In this document: positions 9,598 through 19,762 of the stretch, piece by piece
Numbering within the stretch: position 1 is the first letter of the stretch
Layout: each line of letters starts with the position of its first letter
DNA from: Candidatus Micrarchaeota archaeon
GTDB taxonomy: Archaea > Micrarchaeota > Micrarchaeia > Anstonellales > Bilamarchaeaceae
Direction of reading: 5' to 3'
DNA: 61,835 bases
Assembly: GCA_040753215.1 (NCBI GenBank)
Contig: JBFMEZ010000005.1
Location: forward strand, 1-61,835
Translations under genes and position numbers: made by a program
Notes under the pieces: model-generated
What the model was told of the DNA's origin: nothing
What the model saw: the letters and a program-made list of their open reading frames with translations, nothing else
The model's database searches: none

Positions 9598-10431
9598 ATG
9601 AACGTGCTGCAGAAAGTCCTTTTCATGTTCATCCTGACGCAGTTCCTCGGCCTCTACACGGGCATATTCATCCTTGAGGATGCGAGGACCAATCCCGTGG
9701 TCCAGGAATACATAGCCGTCGAGCACGGGGTTTCCTCCCTGCCACTTTTTGTGCTGTACATCCTGATAGGCGCGGCGGTATTCCTCGTAATGATGAAGCT
9801 CCACATTGAGCTTTTGTTCGCGCTGCTGGAGATGCTCGTCATTTCCGTCACCTCCTCCATACTTTTCTATGCGTTCATCCGCCCGTTCATAGCCGATGCG
9901 CTGCCTGCGATGGCGCTCGCGGCCCTGCTGGGCGTACTGCTCGCTGTTGCGAAGCACTTCATCCGCCTGCTCAAAAACCTCGCGGCGGTGCTCTCAAGCG
10001 CCGGCGCAGGCGCGGTTTTCGGCTTCACGTTCAGCTTTCTCGCATCCCTCATATTCTTCCTTCTCATGGCCGTATACGACTACATAGCCGTTTTCCGCAC
10101 CAGGCACATGGTCTCGATGGCAAGGGAGATAATCAGGCACGACATGAGCTTCACCGTTACCGCGAAGGAAAGGCTGCCCACCGGGGCGGAATCCCGCCTC
10201 GACCTCGGCACAGGGGACCTCGCCCTCCCCATCATGGTGGAGGTCTCAGCTTACCAGATACATCCCGTCCTTTCGCTGATAACCATGATGGGTGCGGCTG
10301 CGGGAGTCACATTCGTCCTGGTCTATGCATGGAGGAAAAAGGTCTTCCTTCCCGCGATACCGTTCATCTTCTCGGGAATCCTCCTCTCGCTCATCGTGGC
10401 GTTCGGGGTGGCATTCCTCAGGCTGCTCTGA
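9598..10431 (+). CDS. presenilin/signal-peptide-peptidase-like GxGD intramembrane aspartyl protease
   Basis: YD, LGTGDL and LPAIP motifs in a multi-TM protein. Confidence 0.88.
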   Translation: MNVLQKVLFMFILTQFLGLYTGIFILEDARTNPVVQEYIAVEHGVSSLPLFVLYILIGAAVFLVMMKLHIELLFALLEMLVISVTSSILFYAFIRPFIADALPAMALAALLGVLLAVAKHFIRLLKNLAAVLSSAGAGAVFGFTFSFLASLIFFLLMAVYDYIAVFRTRHMVSMAREIIRHDMSFTVTAKERLPTGAESRLDLGTGDLALPIMVEVSAYQIHPVLSLITMMGAAAGVTFVLVYAWRKKVFLPAIPFIFSGILLSLIVAFGVAFLRLL

Positions 10432-11440
10432 AATCAACAACAACCTGGACCGTGCCGGGGGAGAAGGGCCGCACTTCCCTGCTTTCAAGGATTTCTATTC
10501 CCCTGCCCGCCCTCTTTCCCGCCTCAAGAGCCTTTTTCACGGCCGCCTCCTTTCCGCCCTTCCTATTTACAAATGTATAGAAGTGTATAATCGCTCCCTT
10601 CCTGGCGGCGAGCAGTGCAACGCCCAAAAAGTCCTCCGCGCTTTTCGGCAGGGGCATGAGCACCCTGTCCGCAACGCCTGCAAACCTCCCCGGGACCACC
10701 TCCCGAACGTCGCCCCGAACCGCCTCGACCCTCCCCTGCATCCCGTTCAGTTTTATGTTCCCTTCAAAATAGCGCACCGCATCCGGGTTCAGCTCAATCC
10801 CATAAACTTTTGCATCCTTCTGCTTTTTCGCAATCACAAGCGCAAAAGGCCCCACTCCCGCGAACATCACCAATACGTTCTCTCCCGGCTTTACCTTCCC
10901 CGCAACCCTCCCGCGCTCATGGCTCAGCCGGGGAGAAAAATACACCTTCGCGAGGTCCAGGCGCATGCGCACCCCGTGCTCCGCGTACGTTGTTTCGGTC
11001 CTCTTCTCCCCCGCAAGAAACGCAAACCTCCTCACCCTGTACTCGCCCTCCATCCCGCCTTCTTTCCTGAGAACGGCTTTTACGTTCCTGTTGGCTTTAA
11101 GGAGCGCATCCGCAATCTCCTCCCCCTTCGCACGCAGATTCTCAGGAATCTCCAGCACCGCGATATCCCCGATGACATCATAAGAAGACAATATCCCTCC
11201 TGCTTCTTTCCCGGCAATCCCCGCAAGCATTTCCCTGAAGCTCTTCCGCACTTCCCTCTTTCTTGCTTCGATTTCAACCATCTTATAGCCACGCAACCCC
11301 CGCTTCACCGGAAAATACACATACTTCTCGTCATGGAAGGGAAAATATCCCTCGTCAAGGATTCCTGCAGAAGAGAGTTTCCTGCGCATCTCCTCCCCTT
11401 TTTTCCTGGGGACGCGTATGGCGTTTGCCATTCCTTTCAC
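10418..11440 (-). CDS. trm5: Trm5/Taw2-family tRNA methyltransferase
   Basis: YDVIGDIA, VYFSPRLSHER, MFAGVGPF, DRVLMPLP. Confidence 0.88.
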   Translation of the reverse strand: MKGMANAIRVPRKKGEEMRRKLSSAGILDEGYFPFHDEKYVYFPVKRGLRGYKMVEIEARKREVRKSFREMLAGIAGKEAGGILSSYDVIGDIAVLEIPENLRAKGEEIADALLKANRNVKAVLRKEGGMEGEYRVRRFAFLAGEKRTETTYAEHGVRMRLDLAKVYFSPRLSHERGRVAGKVKPGENVLVMFAGVGPFALVIAKKQKDAKVYGIELNPDAVRYFEGNIKLNGMQGRVEAVRGDVREVVPGRFAGVADRVLMPLPKSAEDFLGVALLAARKGAIIHFYTFVNRKGGKEAAVKKALEAGKRAGRGIEILESREVRPFSPGTVQVVVDFRAA

Positions 11441-14154
11441 TCTAGAACAATTGCGGGCTTCCCCGGCATTGCATTGGAGGCTTTTGGATGCCCGCCTTCC
11501 TCCTCTTTCCTCACGATAACCTCCGCCCCCAGCTCTCTGGACAGGAACGGAGCCGCGTCCGAAAGTGACGCATACTCCTCGGCCGCAGGCAGCACCGCCG
11601 GCAACGAATGGACCTTCCCCATCAGCGCCTTCCCGAACCTGCCCAAAGCTTCCATATCCAGTTTTTTCTTTTTCCCGGATTCCATGAGTTTCTTCATGTC
11701 TTTCTCTTCCATCAGCAGCTTATACGAATCAAACTTCCATGCAGCCGGCGCATATACAAATACTCTCTTCGGCTTCGCCCCAACCCTCTCCGCAATCTTC
11801 TCCGCATCGTAGCGTACAGCCTCCACGAGCCCCTCGCCCATCTCCAGCCCCGGGTCCACGAGCTCCGGGTCCCCCTCCGGGAATTCCGCATCAATCACAA
11901 ACCCCTTTTCCCCGAGGGCTTCCCAAATCTCCTCCGCGATGTGCGGCATGAAAGGCGAAACAGCAACGGCCCAGTTCCTGAAGAACCATCTCAGTTTGGG
12001 CTTCCCCGCCCTCTTCAGGTACCACTGCAAATCGTGCATCACTTCGTAGAAAACGTTCTGCGCAAGGGCCCGCATCTCCAGCTTCTCGTAAAGCCCCGGA
12101 AGGGCGGACAGCCTCCTGCTCATGCGGGACTTTAGCCACATCTCCATCCTCCCCTCCCCGTCCTCACCCGCGTATTCAAGAAGGGAAAAGAGGTGCTCCA
12201 GCCTCCCCCGCACACCATCCGCGACGCTCCTCTCGAAATTCGTGTCCTGTGCAAGGTCGGCACCGGCAACCACGGAGAACCTCACCACATCAGCCCCGTA
12301 TTCCCTGACCGCCTTCCTCAAGGGCAGGATATTCCCGAAGGACTTGCTCATCTTCTTCCCCTCCATCATCACAAGCCCGTTCGTAACAATCTGCCTGGGC
12401 AGATGCTCTTCAGGGAAGATGGCCGCATGGTTGAACACGAAAAAGGGGAGGTGGTTCTTGATGAGGTCCTCGGCCGAATGCCTGGAATCCAGCGGATACC
12501 AGTAGAGGAATTCCTTCCTGATTTTTCCCCATTCCTTCTTCCCCATCCCCTTTCCCAGGAATACGTAATCGAAGAATTCATCCGAAAGCTCCTCGGGCGC
12601 AACGTCCTTCAGCAGGTGCGCAACCGTATAGAAAGCCATGTAGATTGTGGAATCCGAGAGCGGCTCGATTATCTTTGAGTGGTCGTACGGGAAAGGGGTC
12701 CCAAGCCCGGAAGCGCGCGTGCATGCCTTCTCCTTCAGCCAGTCTATCGTCCCCAGGTATTCCTTCCTGGCCTTCTCCGGCATGAGGCTCATCTTCCCAA
12801 GCCATTCTTTCGTCTTCTCCTTCCATTCCGCGTTCCCGTAATCCAGGAACCACTGGTCCTCAACCAGCTTCACCCCCGCCTGCGCCCCGCACCTGCAATA
12901 AACCGGCCCCTTCGCCAGCAGATAGAATGCAACCGCCTTCCCCTCCCTTATGAGCCTCTCCTTCACCTTCTCCTTGGCTTCAAGGACCTTCATGCCCTTG
13001 AAATCCCCTACGCTCATAACGCCCGTGTGTGCTTCGGTCTTGTACAGCTCGCCAGTCGCATCCTCGGCCTTGGGGTCGTTCTGGTCCACAACCCCCATGC
13101 GCTCCACAATCTCCTGCGCAGGAATCCTCTTCATTCCCGGATAAGAAAGGATTGCAATCGGTCTCAGCTTTCCCGGCATCCCCAGGTCCCGCAGCGCGAG
13201 GTAATCGTAGGGCGCATGCGCGGGCACGCTCATCACCACGCCGGTCCCCTGCCCGGCATCCACGAATTCCGCTTCCAGGATGGGTATCTTCCTTCCGTAA
13301 GGCTCCTCCGCCTCCTTCCCGGCCAGCTCCTTCCCCTCAAGCGTTTCCGCAACCTCAAGGCGGAACTGCAGCGAAAGGAGCTTCGCCGCCTTCTCCGCTA
13401 TGTATACCGCATCTTTGCCCATGTACGCCTTCACATACCTCTCCGAAGGCTTCACCCACAGGTTGGTAACCCCGTAAATTGTTTCGGGACGATACGTTGC
13501 AGCCACCAGCCACCCATCCCCAAATTTGAATTTTATGCCCGTAACCTCCTCTATCTCAGGGTCCACGTCCCCCTGCGTGTCATGCGCGCTCACCACATTC
13601 GAATCCGAGGGGCACCATGCGACCCTGTGCGTCCCCTTCTTCACGTACCCCTTCTCCTTAAGCTTCCGGAACTGCCATTGGATGAATTTGTTGAAGTGCC
13701 TGTCGAAGGTGTAGAATTTCCTCCTCCAGTCTATCGCATACCCTATCTCCCTCATCCCCTGCTCAATCTCATGCGAAAAATGGAGCACAAGCGCCTCCGG
13801 CTGCGTGAGCCCTTCCGCGGTTTCCCGCGGTATCCCATAGATGTTCTCGAATATGCCGAGAAGCTCCGGGTCCCCCTCCTTCAGCCTCTTCACCATCCCC
13901 AGGATTGGCGTTCCGGTAACATGGAACGCCATCGGGAAGAGCACATTATAGCCGCGCAGCCGCCAGTACCTCGCATAGATGTCCGCAGTGGTATAGGTCC
14001 TCCCGTGCCCCACATGCTGCGGGGAGTTCGGATAAGGAAACGCCGCGGTTATGTACTTCTTCCTCCCATTGCCCGCCTCCGTTTCATAGGCCGCCGCCTG
14101 CTCCCATCTATCCCTCCATTTCGGCCCGATTTTCTGCATGTCCATGGGAACCAT
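11437..14154 (-). CDS. leuS: leucyl-tRNA synthetase (archaeal type)
   Basis: AFPYPN..HVGH, TYRPET, GTGVVMSVPAHAPYD editing domain, KMSKS. Confidence 0.96.
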   Translation of the reverse strand: MVPMDMQKIGPKWRDRWEQAAAYETEAGNGRKKYITAAFPYPNSPQHVGHGRTYTTADIYARYWRLRGYNVLFPMAFHVTGTPILGMVKRLKEGDPELLGIFENIYGIPRETAEGLTQPEALVLHFSHEIEQGMREIGYAIDWRRKFYTFDRHFNKFIQWQFRKLKEKGYVKKGTHRVAWCPSDSNVVSAHDTQGDVDPEIEEVTGIKFKFGDGWLVAATYRPETIYGVTNLWVKPSERYVKAYMGKDAVYIAEKAAKLLSLQFRLEVAETLEGKELAGKEAEEPYGRKIPILEAEFVDAGQGTGVVMSVPAHAPYDYLALRDLGMPGKLRPIAILSYPGMKRIPAQEIVERMGVVDQNDPKAEDATGELYKTEAHTGVMSVGDFKGMKVLEAKEKVKERLIREGKAVAFYLLAKGPVYCRCGAQAGVKLVEDQWFLDYGNAEWKEKTKEWLGKMSLMPEKARKEYLGTIDWLKEKACTRASGLGTPFPYDHSKIIEPLSDSTIYMAFYTVAHLLKDVAPEELSDEFFDYVFLGKGMGKKEWGKIRKEFLYWYPLDSRHSAEDLIKNHLPFFVFNHAAIFPEEHLPRQIVTNGLVMMEGKKMSKSFGNILPLRKAVREYGADVVRFSVVAGADLAQDTNFERSVADGVRGRLEHLFSLLEYAGEDGEGRMEMWLKSRMSRRLSALPGLYEKLEMRALAQNVFYEVMHDLQWYLKRAGKPKLRWFFRNWAVAVSPFMPHIAEEIWEALGEKGFVIDAEFPEGDPELVDPGLEMGEGLVEAVRYDAEKIAERVGAKPKRVFVYAPAAWKFDSYKLLMEEKDMKKLMESGKKKKLDMEALGRFGKALMGKVHSLPAVLPAAEEYASLSDAAPFLSRELGAEVIVRKEEEGGHPKASNAMPGKPAIVLE

Positions 14155-14222
14155 CTTTAATGATAAGGATTGCTCATTCTTCGTTGGAATATATTTATAT
14201 ACGTTATTCACGGAATACAGGC

Positions 14223-15383
14223 ATGCTCGCAGGCGGCGTTTTCCTGCCGGTGCTCCAGGCGAATCCCTTCAACCCTTTCGTAGCCGCTGCGCTTATGCTC
14301 TCCCTGGTCGCAATAATACTCTACTACCTTCTCTCCAGGGCCCTCTCCTCGCCGCAGCTCGAGGCCTTCACGCGCGAGGAATTCTCCCAGTTCATATTCA
14401 CCGCCCTCCTCTTCGCCGCCTTCGTGGCCCTCGCGGCGGCGATATCCGCAATCGCCTCCGCAGCCGCCTGCGGCGGGGCGGGCTGCGACCACATAGACCT
14501 TGCGCTCTATTCCCTGGGCATCGTGCAGAACGGGCTTGCCAGCACCTATTTCCGGCTCTATGCGCATGAGTTCGTGATAGGGATACTCTCCACCATAGGG
14601 TTCAACATCCCGGTGAGCCTTCCCCCCGCCTTCATAGTCTGGGTTTCGCTCTCCCCCTTCAGCGGGCTGGAGCTGCTCAGCAACGCACTGGTGACGGTGA
14701 TAGAGAGCGTGGGCTACCTCTACGCCCTCGCGTACGGGAGGGAAACGCTCGTCCTGTTCTTCCGCGACATCACATACACGGTGCTCCTTCCCGCCGGCTT
14801 CATTATGCGCACGATGCCCTTCAGCAGGAGGACCGGCTCGAGCCTCATAGCGATCGCGTTCGCCGGCTATTTCGCCTACCCGCTATCCATACTGCTCTCC
14901 CATTACATGATATTCGGGAAGCTGATGGAGGCGGGCGGGATTGCGGCGGTGGAGGCGCCTTCCGCGCCGGTGTTCTGCGAGCCGCCCGAGGGAAGGGACG
15001 TTGCGGAGATGGACAGGGCGCTTGCGGACGAGTGGTCCGGCCAGCTGCAGGAGCTCACCGAGCGCGGGGAAGGGGGGGTGCTCAGGAGGCTCATCAGCGG
15101 AGGGGGCGGCTCCCTGATCGGGGGCATAAGGGATTTCTTCCTGGCGTTCTTCGGCGCGGTTTTCACCCGCTACAATTTCGACCTGCTCTCCCCGAACATG
15201 TCGCCCTTCATCCATTTCTCGTATTTCTTCATGATGGACAAGATAATCTCGCTCGTGCAGTTCGCTGTGCTCGTGCTGGTGACCTTCGTTTTCGAGATAA
15301 TAATAGCCGTCACGGCATTCCGGAGCGTTTCCCACGTGATAGGGGGGGAGATTGAGATACTCGGGCTTACGAAGGTTGTGTGA
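14223..15383 (+). CDS. multi-pass membrane protein, paralogue 1 of 6
   Basis: shared motifs EAFTREEFSQ / LPAGFIMRTMPFSRRTG..YP / IGGEIEILGLTKVV. Confidence 0.85.
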   Translation: MLAGGVFLPVLQANPFNPFVAAALMLSLVAIILYYLLSRALSSPQLEAFTREEFSQFIFTALLFAAFVALAAAISAIASAAACGGAGCDHIDLALYSLGIVQNGLASTYFRLYAHEFVIGILSTIGFNIPVSLPPAFIVWVSLSPFSGLELLSNALVTVIESVGYLYALAYGRETLVLFFRDITYTVLLPAGFIMRTMPFSRRTGSSLIAIAFAGYFAYPLSILLSHYMIFGKLMEAGGIAAVEAPSAPVFCEPPEGRDVAEMDRALADEWSGQLQELTERGEGGVLRRLISGGGGSLIGGIRDFFLAFFGAVFTRYNFDLLSPNMSPFIHFSYFFMMDKIISLVQFAVLVLVTFVFEIIIAVTAFRSVSHVIGGEIEILGLTKVV

Positions 15384-16331
15384 ATGGCTTACGAAACATA
15401 CTACACGATGGCGGGCGCGACGGTGGTGCTGCTCACCGCATACATCGCCCTTCTGCACATGGCCTCCCGCTTCCTCAACAGGCCCGAGATGGCGGCATAC
15501 GCAAACGTGGAGCTGCAGCACCTTTTCATGTCGGTGATAATCTTCGGCATAGCGCTGCTCATGCTGATGGGCTTCGACGCCGCGGGCACCGCGATAGCCG
15601 GCGAGCCGCCGATCAACGCCTCCCTGAGCTTCCTGCACAAGACCATAAACAGGGGGGTGATCCCCGCCTACATAGACCTCGTTTCCCTTGACGTGAAGCT
15701 CAGCTTCTGGAACTCCCTCTACGGGAGGCACGGGCCGACCGTATGGAACTTCCTCGCGAAGCAGGTCGCGGGGCTGGACCCCATAATAAGCGTGGTGCGC
15801 GTGCTCACCTTCACCCTCACCGCATTCTTCGGCACGCTCAGCGCGCAGGTGGTGATATTCTACGTGATTGAGGCGCTCATGGTAAATTTCGTGCTGCCCG
15901 CGGGGGTGCTGCTCAGGTTCTTCCCCACCACGCGCGATGCGGGCGTTTACCTCATAGTGTTCGCCATATCCTTCCAGGCCGTCTTCCCCCTCCTTTTCAC
16001 GATAAATGCGCACATACTCGACGAGATGTGGGGGGCGTTCTACGGGACGCGCTACGACCCCTACACCACGCTCCCAGCAGGCCTCATCGGAAGCGAAATA
16101 CCGGAATACGCGCCGTCCTGGGTTGCGGACATGGTCGGCGACCCGTCCGTTTCCGCGCAGGCGGTCGGCTTCTTCCCGTTCGTATGGTTCTTCCGCTTCT
16201 ACCTGCTCGCGCCGTTTTTCGAGGGCATAGCCAGCATCTCGCTGCCCGCGCTCGTGCTTCCCGCCCTCGCGATGTCCCTCACGATTTCCTTTATAAACGC
16301 CTTCACGAAATTCCTCACGGGGAAGGGATAA
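15384..16331 (+). CDS. multi-pass membrane protein, paralogue 2 of 6
   Basis: AAYANVELQH / LPAGVLLRFFPTTRDAG..FP; abuts the previous gene. Confidence 0.85.
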   Translation: MAYETYYTMAGATVVLLTAYIALLHMASRFLNRPEMAAYANVELQHLFMSVIIFGIALLMLMGFDAAGTAIAGEPPINASLSFLHKTINRGVIPAYIDLVSLDVKLSFWNSLYGRHGPTVWNFLAKQVAGLDPIISVVRVLTFTLTAFFGTLSAQVVIFYVIEALMVNFVLPAGVLLRFFPTTRDAGVYLIVFAISFQAVFPLLFTINAHILDEMWGAFYGTRYDPYTTLPAGLIGSEIPEYAPSWVADMVGDPSVSAQAVGFFPFVWFFRFYLLAPFFEGIASISLPALVLPALAMSLTISFINAFTKFLTGKG

Positions 16332-16333
16332 GG

Positions 16334-17560
16334 ATGATGCTCGCAGTGATTGATTTCGCCGCGTACATGCCGTTTGCGGCAGCCGCCATACTCGCGGCGC
16401 TCTCCCTCATCGCCCTCGCGTACATGCTCGGCTCCCTGCTCTCCAACGACCAGCTCAGGGCATGGTCCAGGATGGAGCTCACCGAGGCATTCTATTCCGT
16501 TGTAATCATCGCGCTGGCTGCCCTCATATTCACGCTTGCGGACGGGGGCATAGGCAGCTTCCTCAACTATTCGCTCTACCACTACGCCTCTTCGGGCGAG
16601 GCGACGCCCATCTGCGACCACCTTGAGGGCTTCGCGGAATACTCCGGCCTCCCGTGCCACGTGAAAATCGCCAAGAGCTTCTTCTCCACGGTTTTCGGGC
16701 AGAGCAGCTATTTCCTCTACAGCCTACTGAGGCAGTACTCGCGCTTCTCCTTCCTCTCCAGCATGAGCATCTCCGGGGATTCAATCGTGCCCGCGGTCGG
16801 GAACATATCCTTCGCGCCGTTCGCCGCCTACCTCCACATACCCATGGCGATGTATTCCTACATGTTCGATTTCGGGATTAAGTCGCTCATACTCCTCAAG
16901 CTGCAGGAAATCCTGCTGGAATTCATAGACAAATCCGTATTCCCGGTTTTCTTCCTGCTCGGCGCGGTCCTGCGCGCCTTCCCCGCGATGAGGCGGCTCG
17001 GAGGGCTCCTGATGGCCGCCGGAGTCTCGCTCTACTATGTGTACCCCGCCTTCTACGTGCTGGGCGCATTCGTAATCACCGGGATGATGCAGGCGGACGC
17101 CGACGGCTATGTGATGGACGCTCCCATCGTGGACTTCACCTTCACCTCCGGCGGCGAGACATTCGACCTGAACGGCATCCTCAGGGAGCCGGAGGCGGTG
17201 GTGAATCCGGACGGCTCGGTCTCCCTTGTGGGCGATGCGCCGGCCCTCACAGGGAATGCAAACCTCTGCGTGCCCCCGAGCGAAAGGCCGGAGGGGTTCA
17301 GCGCGGGCGGCGAATGGGCGGAGTTCCTCTCCCTCATGGGGAAGCTGATTGCGTGGCCCTTCTCGGGGTTCGCGTGGGGCGCGCAGTTCGACGACTGGAT
17401 ACTTGGCGAGAACGGGATAGTGAATGGGGTTGCGAGGATGGTTTTCTTCTCCCTCTTCTTCTCCTTCATCTCAATCATGTCGACGGTTGCGGCCATAAAG
17501 AGCCTTTCCCCGCTGTTCGGAGGCGACGTGGAGATCGCGGGGCTTACCCACCTGGTGTGA
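16334..17560 (+). CDS. multi-pass membrane protein, paralogue 3 of 6
   Basis: RAWSRMELTE / LGAVLRAFPAMRRLGG..YP / FGGDVEIAGLTHLV. Confidence 0.85.
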   Translation: MMLAVIDFAAYMPFAAAAILAALSLIALAYMLGSLLSNDQLRAWSRMELTEAFYSVVIIALAALIFTLADGGIGSFLNYSLYHYASSGEATPICDHLEGFAEYSGLPCHVKIAKSFFSTVFGQSSYFLYSLLRQYSRFSFLSSMSISGDSIVPAVGNISFAPFAAYLHIPMAMYSYMFDFGIKSLILLKLQEILLEFIDKSVFPVFFLLGAVLRAFPAMRRLGGLLMAAGVSLYYVYPAFYVLGAFVITGMMQADADGYVMDAPIVDFTFTSGGETFDLNGILREPEAVVNPDGSVSLVGDAPALTGNANLCVPPSERPEGFSAGGEWAEFLSLMGKLIAWPFSGFAWGAQFDDWILGENGIVNGVARMVFFSLFFSFISIMSTVAAIKSLSPLFGGDVEIAGLTHLV

Positions 17561-17563
17561 CCT

Positions 17564-18679
17564 ATGAAGAGGCTGCTGCTCCTTATGTTCCTTCTCCCGC
17601 TCCTCTTCTCCCAGCAGCCGGCGGAGGATGCGGGCAGGTACATAGGCGGCGCCCTCGCGGAAAGGGAATACGCCTGGCTGGAGCGGCTTTCCGGGACGGG
17701 CGTGTGCGGCCCCGAGAGGATTGAGGGCGTCTTCACCCCTGCTTTCGTCATGCTTCTCGCGATATCTCTCGCTACCGCAATCCTCTACATGATAGGCACG
17801 CTTTTCGATTCCCCCGTGCTTTCCGCGCTTGCGAAGCAGGAGGCCTACGAGATAATCCTCACGGTTGTGATTGTGGCGGCGTTCTTCTCAATCTACGGCA
17901 TAATCGAGAACGTCGTGGTGGGCACGCACGGCACCAGCGGCGGCTTCATCAGCATCGCCAGCTCCTATTCCAAGCAGATGATAGTTAAGATATCCACGGA
18001 CACCTCCTCGCTCGGCTTCTACAATACGCTCCTGTACATGTATTACACCGCCCCGATAAGGTTCGGGAAGATGGGGGCGTATTCCGGCATTTCCATGAAC
18101 CTGGGCGCGGTTATAAGGCCCGTAATAGACGGCGTCGGCTCCTCCGCCACGCTACTCTCGGTTGCTATGGGCGAATGGCTCGGGAACCTCAGCCTGCTTT
18201 GCTTCATACAGAGCGTGATGATGCCGGTGTTCTTCCCGCTCGGAATCCTTCTCCGCAGCGTCCCGCACCTGCGCGGAGGGGGCAACGCCCTCATAGCCTT
18301 CGCCTTCGCGCTTTTCATCGTCTACCCCATGATGCTCGCCATCAATTATGAAGCGTTCGAGCGCAGGTACGGCGACCTCACCTACGGGACGCCCATACAG
18401 AACGCCGTCTCCACTTTCGTGGCCGAGACCGGCTTCGGGGGCGTGGGGCTGCTCGCGATAGGGATAAAAATCATCACCGGCACGCTGCTCGGCCCCCTCC
18501 TGGTCCTTTCCACGATAATCGTATTCATAGAAACGATAAAGGACATCATATACACGGTTTTCGTGCTGAGCTTCTTCCTCGGGCTGCTGAACATATTCGT
18601 AACGCTGACATTCGCGAAGGAGCTTGCGCGCTTCCTGGGCACGGAGATAAACGTGAGCGCTTTCGTTAAGCTCATATAG
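17564..18679 (+). CDS. multi-pass membrane protein, paralogue 4 of 6 (with N-terminal signal-like segment)
   Basis: SALAKQEAYE / PLGILLRSVPHLRGGG..YP / LGTEINVSAFVKLI. Confidence 0.85.
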   Translation: MKRLLLLMFLLPLLFSQQPAEDAGRYIGGALAEREYAWLERLSGTGVCGPERIEGVFTPAFVMLLAISLATAILYMIGTLFDSPVLSALAKQEAYEIILTVVIVAAFFSIYGIIENVVVGTHGTSGGFISIASSYSKQMIVKISTDTSSLGFYNTLLYMYYTAPIRFGKMGAYSGISMNLGAVIRPVIDGVGSSATLLSVAMGEWLGNLSLLCFIQSVMMPVFFPLGILLRSVPHLRGGGNALIAFAFALFIVYPMMLAINYEAFERRYGDLTYGTPIQNAVSTFVAETGFGGVGLLAIGIKIITGTLLGPLLVLSTIIVFIETIKDIIYTVFVLSFFLGLLNIFVTLTFAKELARFLGTEINVSAFVKLI

Positions 18680-18688
18680 GTGGTACGG

Positions 18689-19762
18689 ATGACGGAGATG
18701 ATAGTAAGCGGAGTATGCCAGGCGGGGACTACCCCGCAGGAGCTCTTCGCGGGCTTCCTGCCCGACTGGCAGCTCCTTTCCGCCGCCGCGCTTCTCGTAT
18801 CCGTCGGCACGATAGCGCTCCTCTACCTCATAAACCGCTTCTTCCAGAATTCGGAGGGGATGGGCTGGGCGAAGCTGGAGCTGTACGAGGTCTTCATCAC
18901 CGTGGTGATAATGATTGGGGTTTTCGCAGCGGCGGACCTGGCGTGCAACGTGAGGGCTTCCTGGCTTTTCCCGGCCCCTTCCGCGCCCCAGGACTATAAC
19001 ATATACGAGGCGTCCAACTGGTACCTGGACCAGTTCTCCTCTTCCATAATGGACATAACGACCGCCCTCTACGGGCTGTACAGCGGGCTGGACATGATAA
19101 GCTCAATGACGCTGACCGGCAGACCCCTTGGGGTGGGCACGCAGGTGCAGCCCACGGGCGGCCTCGCGGCCACCGTGAAGCCGGGGCTGACCAACGCGTT
19201 CAACGTGCTCGTAATAGCTTTCATAGTGAACAAGGTGCAGATTTTCCTCATCAATTTCGTCTCGTTCGGATACCTCAAGTACTACCTGCCGCTCGGGCTG
19301 CTCGCCCGCAGCTTCACCCCCACGAGGAGGATAGGCGGCACGGTCATAGCGATAGCGCTGGGCTTCCTTTTCGTTTATCCCTTCCTGACCATACTTGAGG
19401 GCGAGGCGGGGCTAAAGCCCATACTCTCCCTGAGGGACAACATAATCCAGGATTTCTGGAGCGACGCATCCGGGGTCGCGGGCAACGATTTCGTCAGCTG
19501 GTGGGAGGACAGCACCAGGGAAGAGACCCTTGGCGGCAGCGCGCTCGCGGTCCTTGATTTCGTGGGGCTGGTCGTCCGCTCAGCCATCGGCTTCCTCGCG
19601 TTCGGGCTGCTATACCTCTCGGCGAATGCAGCCGGCTATGCGTTCATGGTCGGGCTGTTCTTCCCCGCCTTCAATACGCTTATATTGGTGACCACGATAA
19701 GGTACCTGAGCAAATCCATGGGCGAGGAGATAGACGTGACGAACCTTACGAGGCTGATATGA
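18689..19762 (+). CDS. multi-pass membrane protein, paralogue 5 of 6
   Basis: MGWAKLELYE / PLGLLARSFTPTRRIGG..YP / MGEEIDVTNLTRLI. Confidence 0.85.
   Translation: MTEMIVSGVCQAGTTPQELFAGFLPDWQLLSAAALLVSVGTIALLYLINRFFQNSEGMGWAKLELYEVFITVVIMIGVFAAADLACNVRASWLFPAPSAPQDYNIYEASNWYLDQFSSSIMDITTALYGLYSGLDMISSMTLTGRPLGVGTQVQPTGGLAATVKPGLTNAFNVLVIAFIVNKVQIFLINFVSFGYLKYYLPLGLLARSFTPTRRIGGTVIAIALGFLFVYPFLTILEGEAGLKPILSLRDNIIQDFWSDASGVAGNDFVSWWEDSTREETLGGSALAVLDFVGLVVRSAIGFLAFGLLYLSANAAGYAFMVGLFFPAFNTLILVTTIRYLSKSMGEEIDVTNLTRLI

Noticed and set aside
10292..14160. Long antisense ORFs (506 aa, 493 aa) and similar ones such as 25488-26969 and 57421-59460
   Set aside because: They lie opposite well-supported genes and are shadows of GC-rich codon bias with no recognisable motifs.
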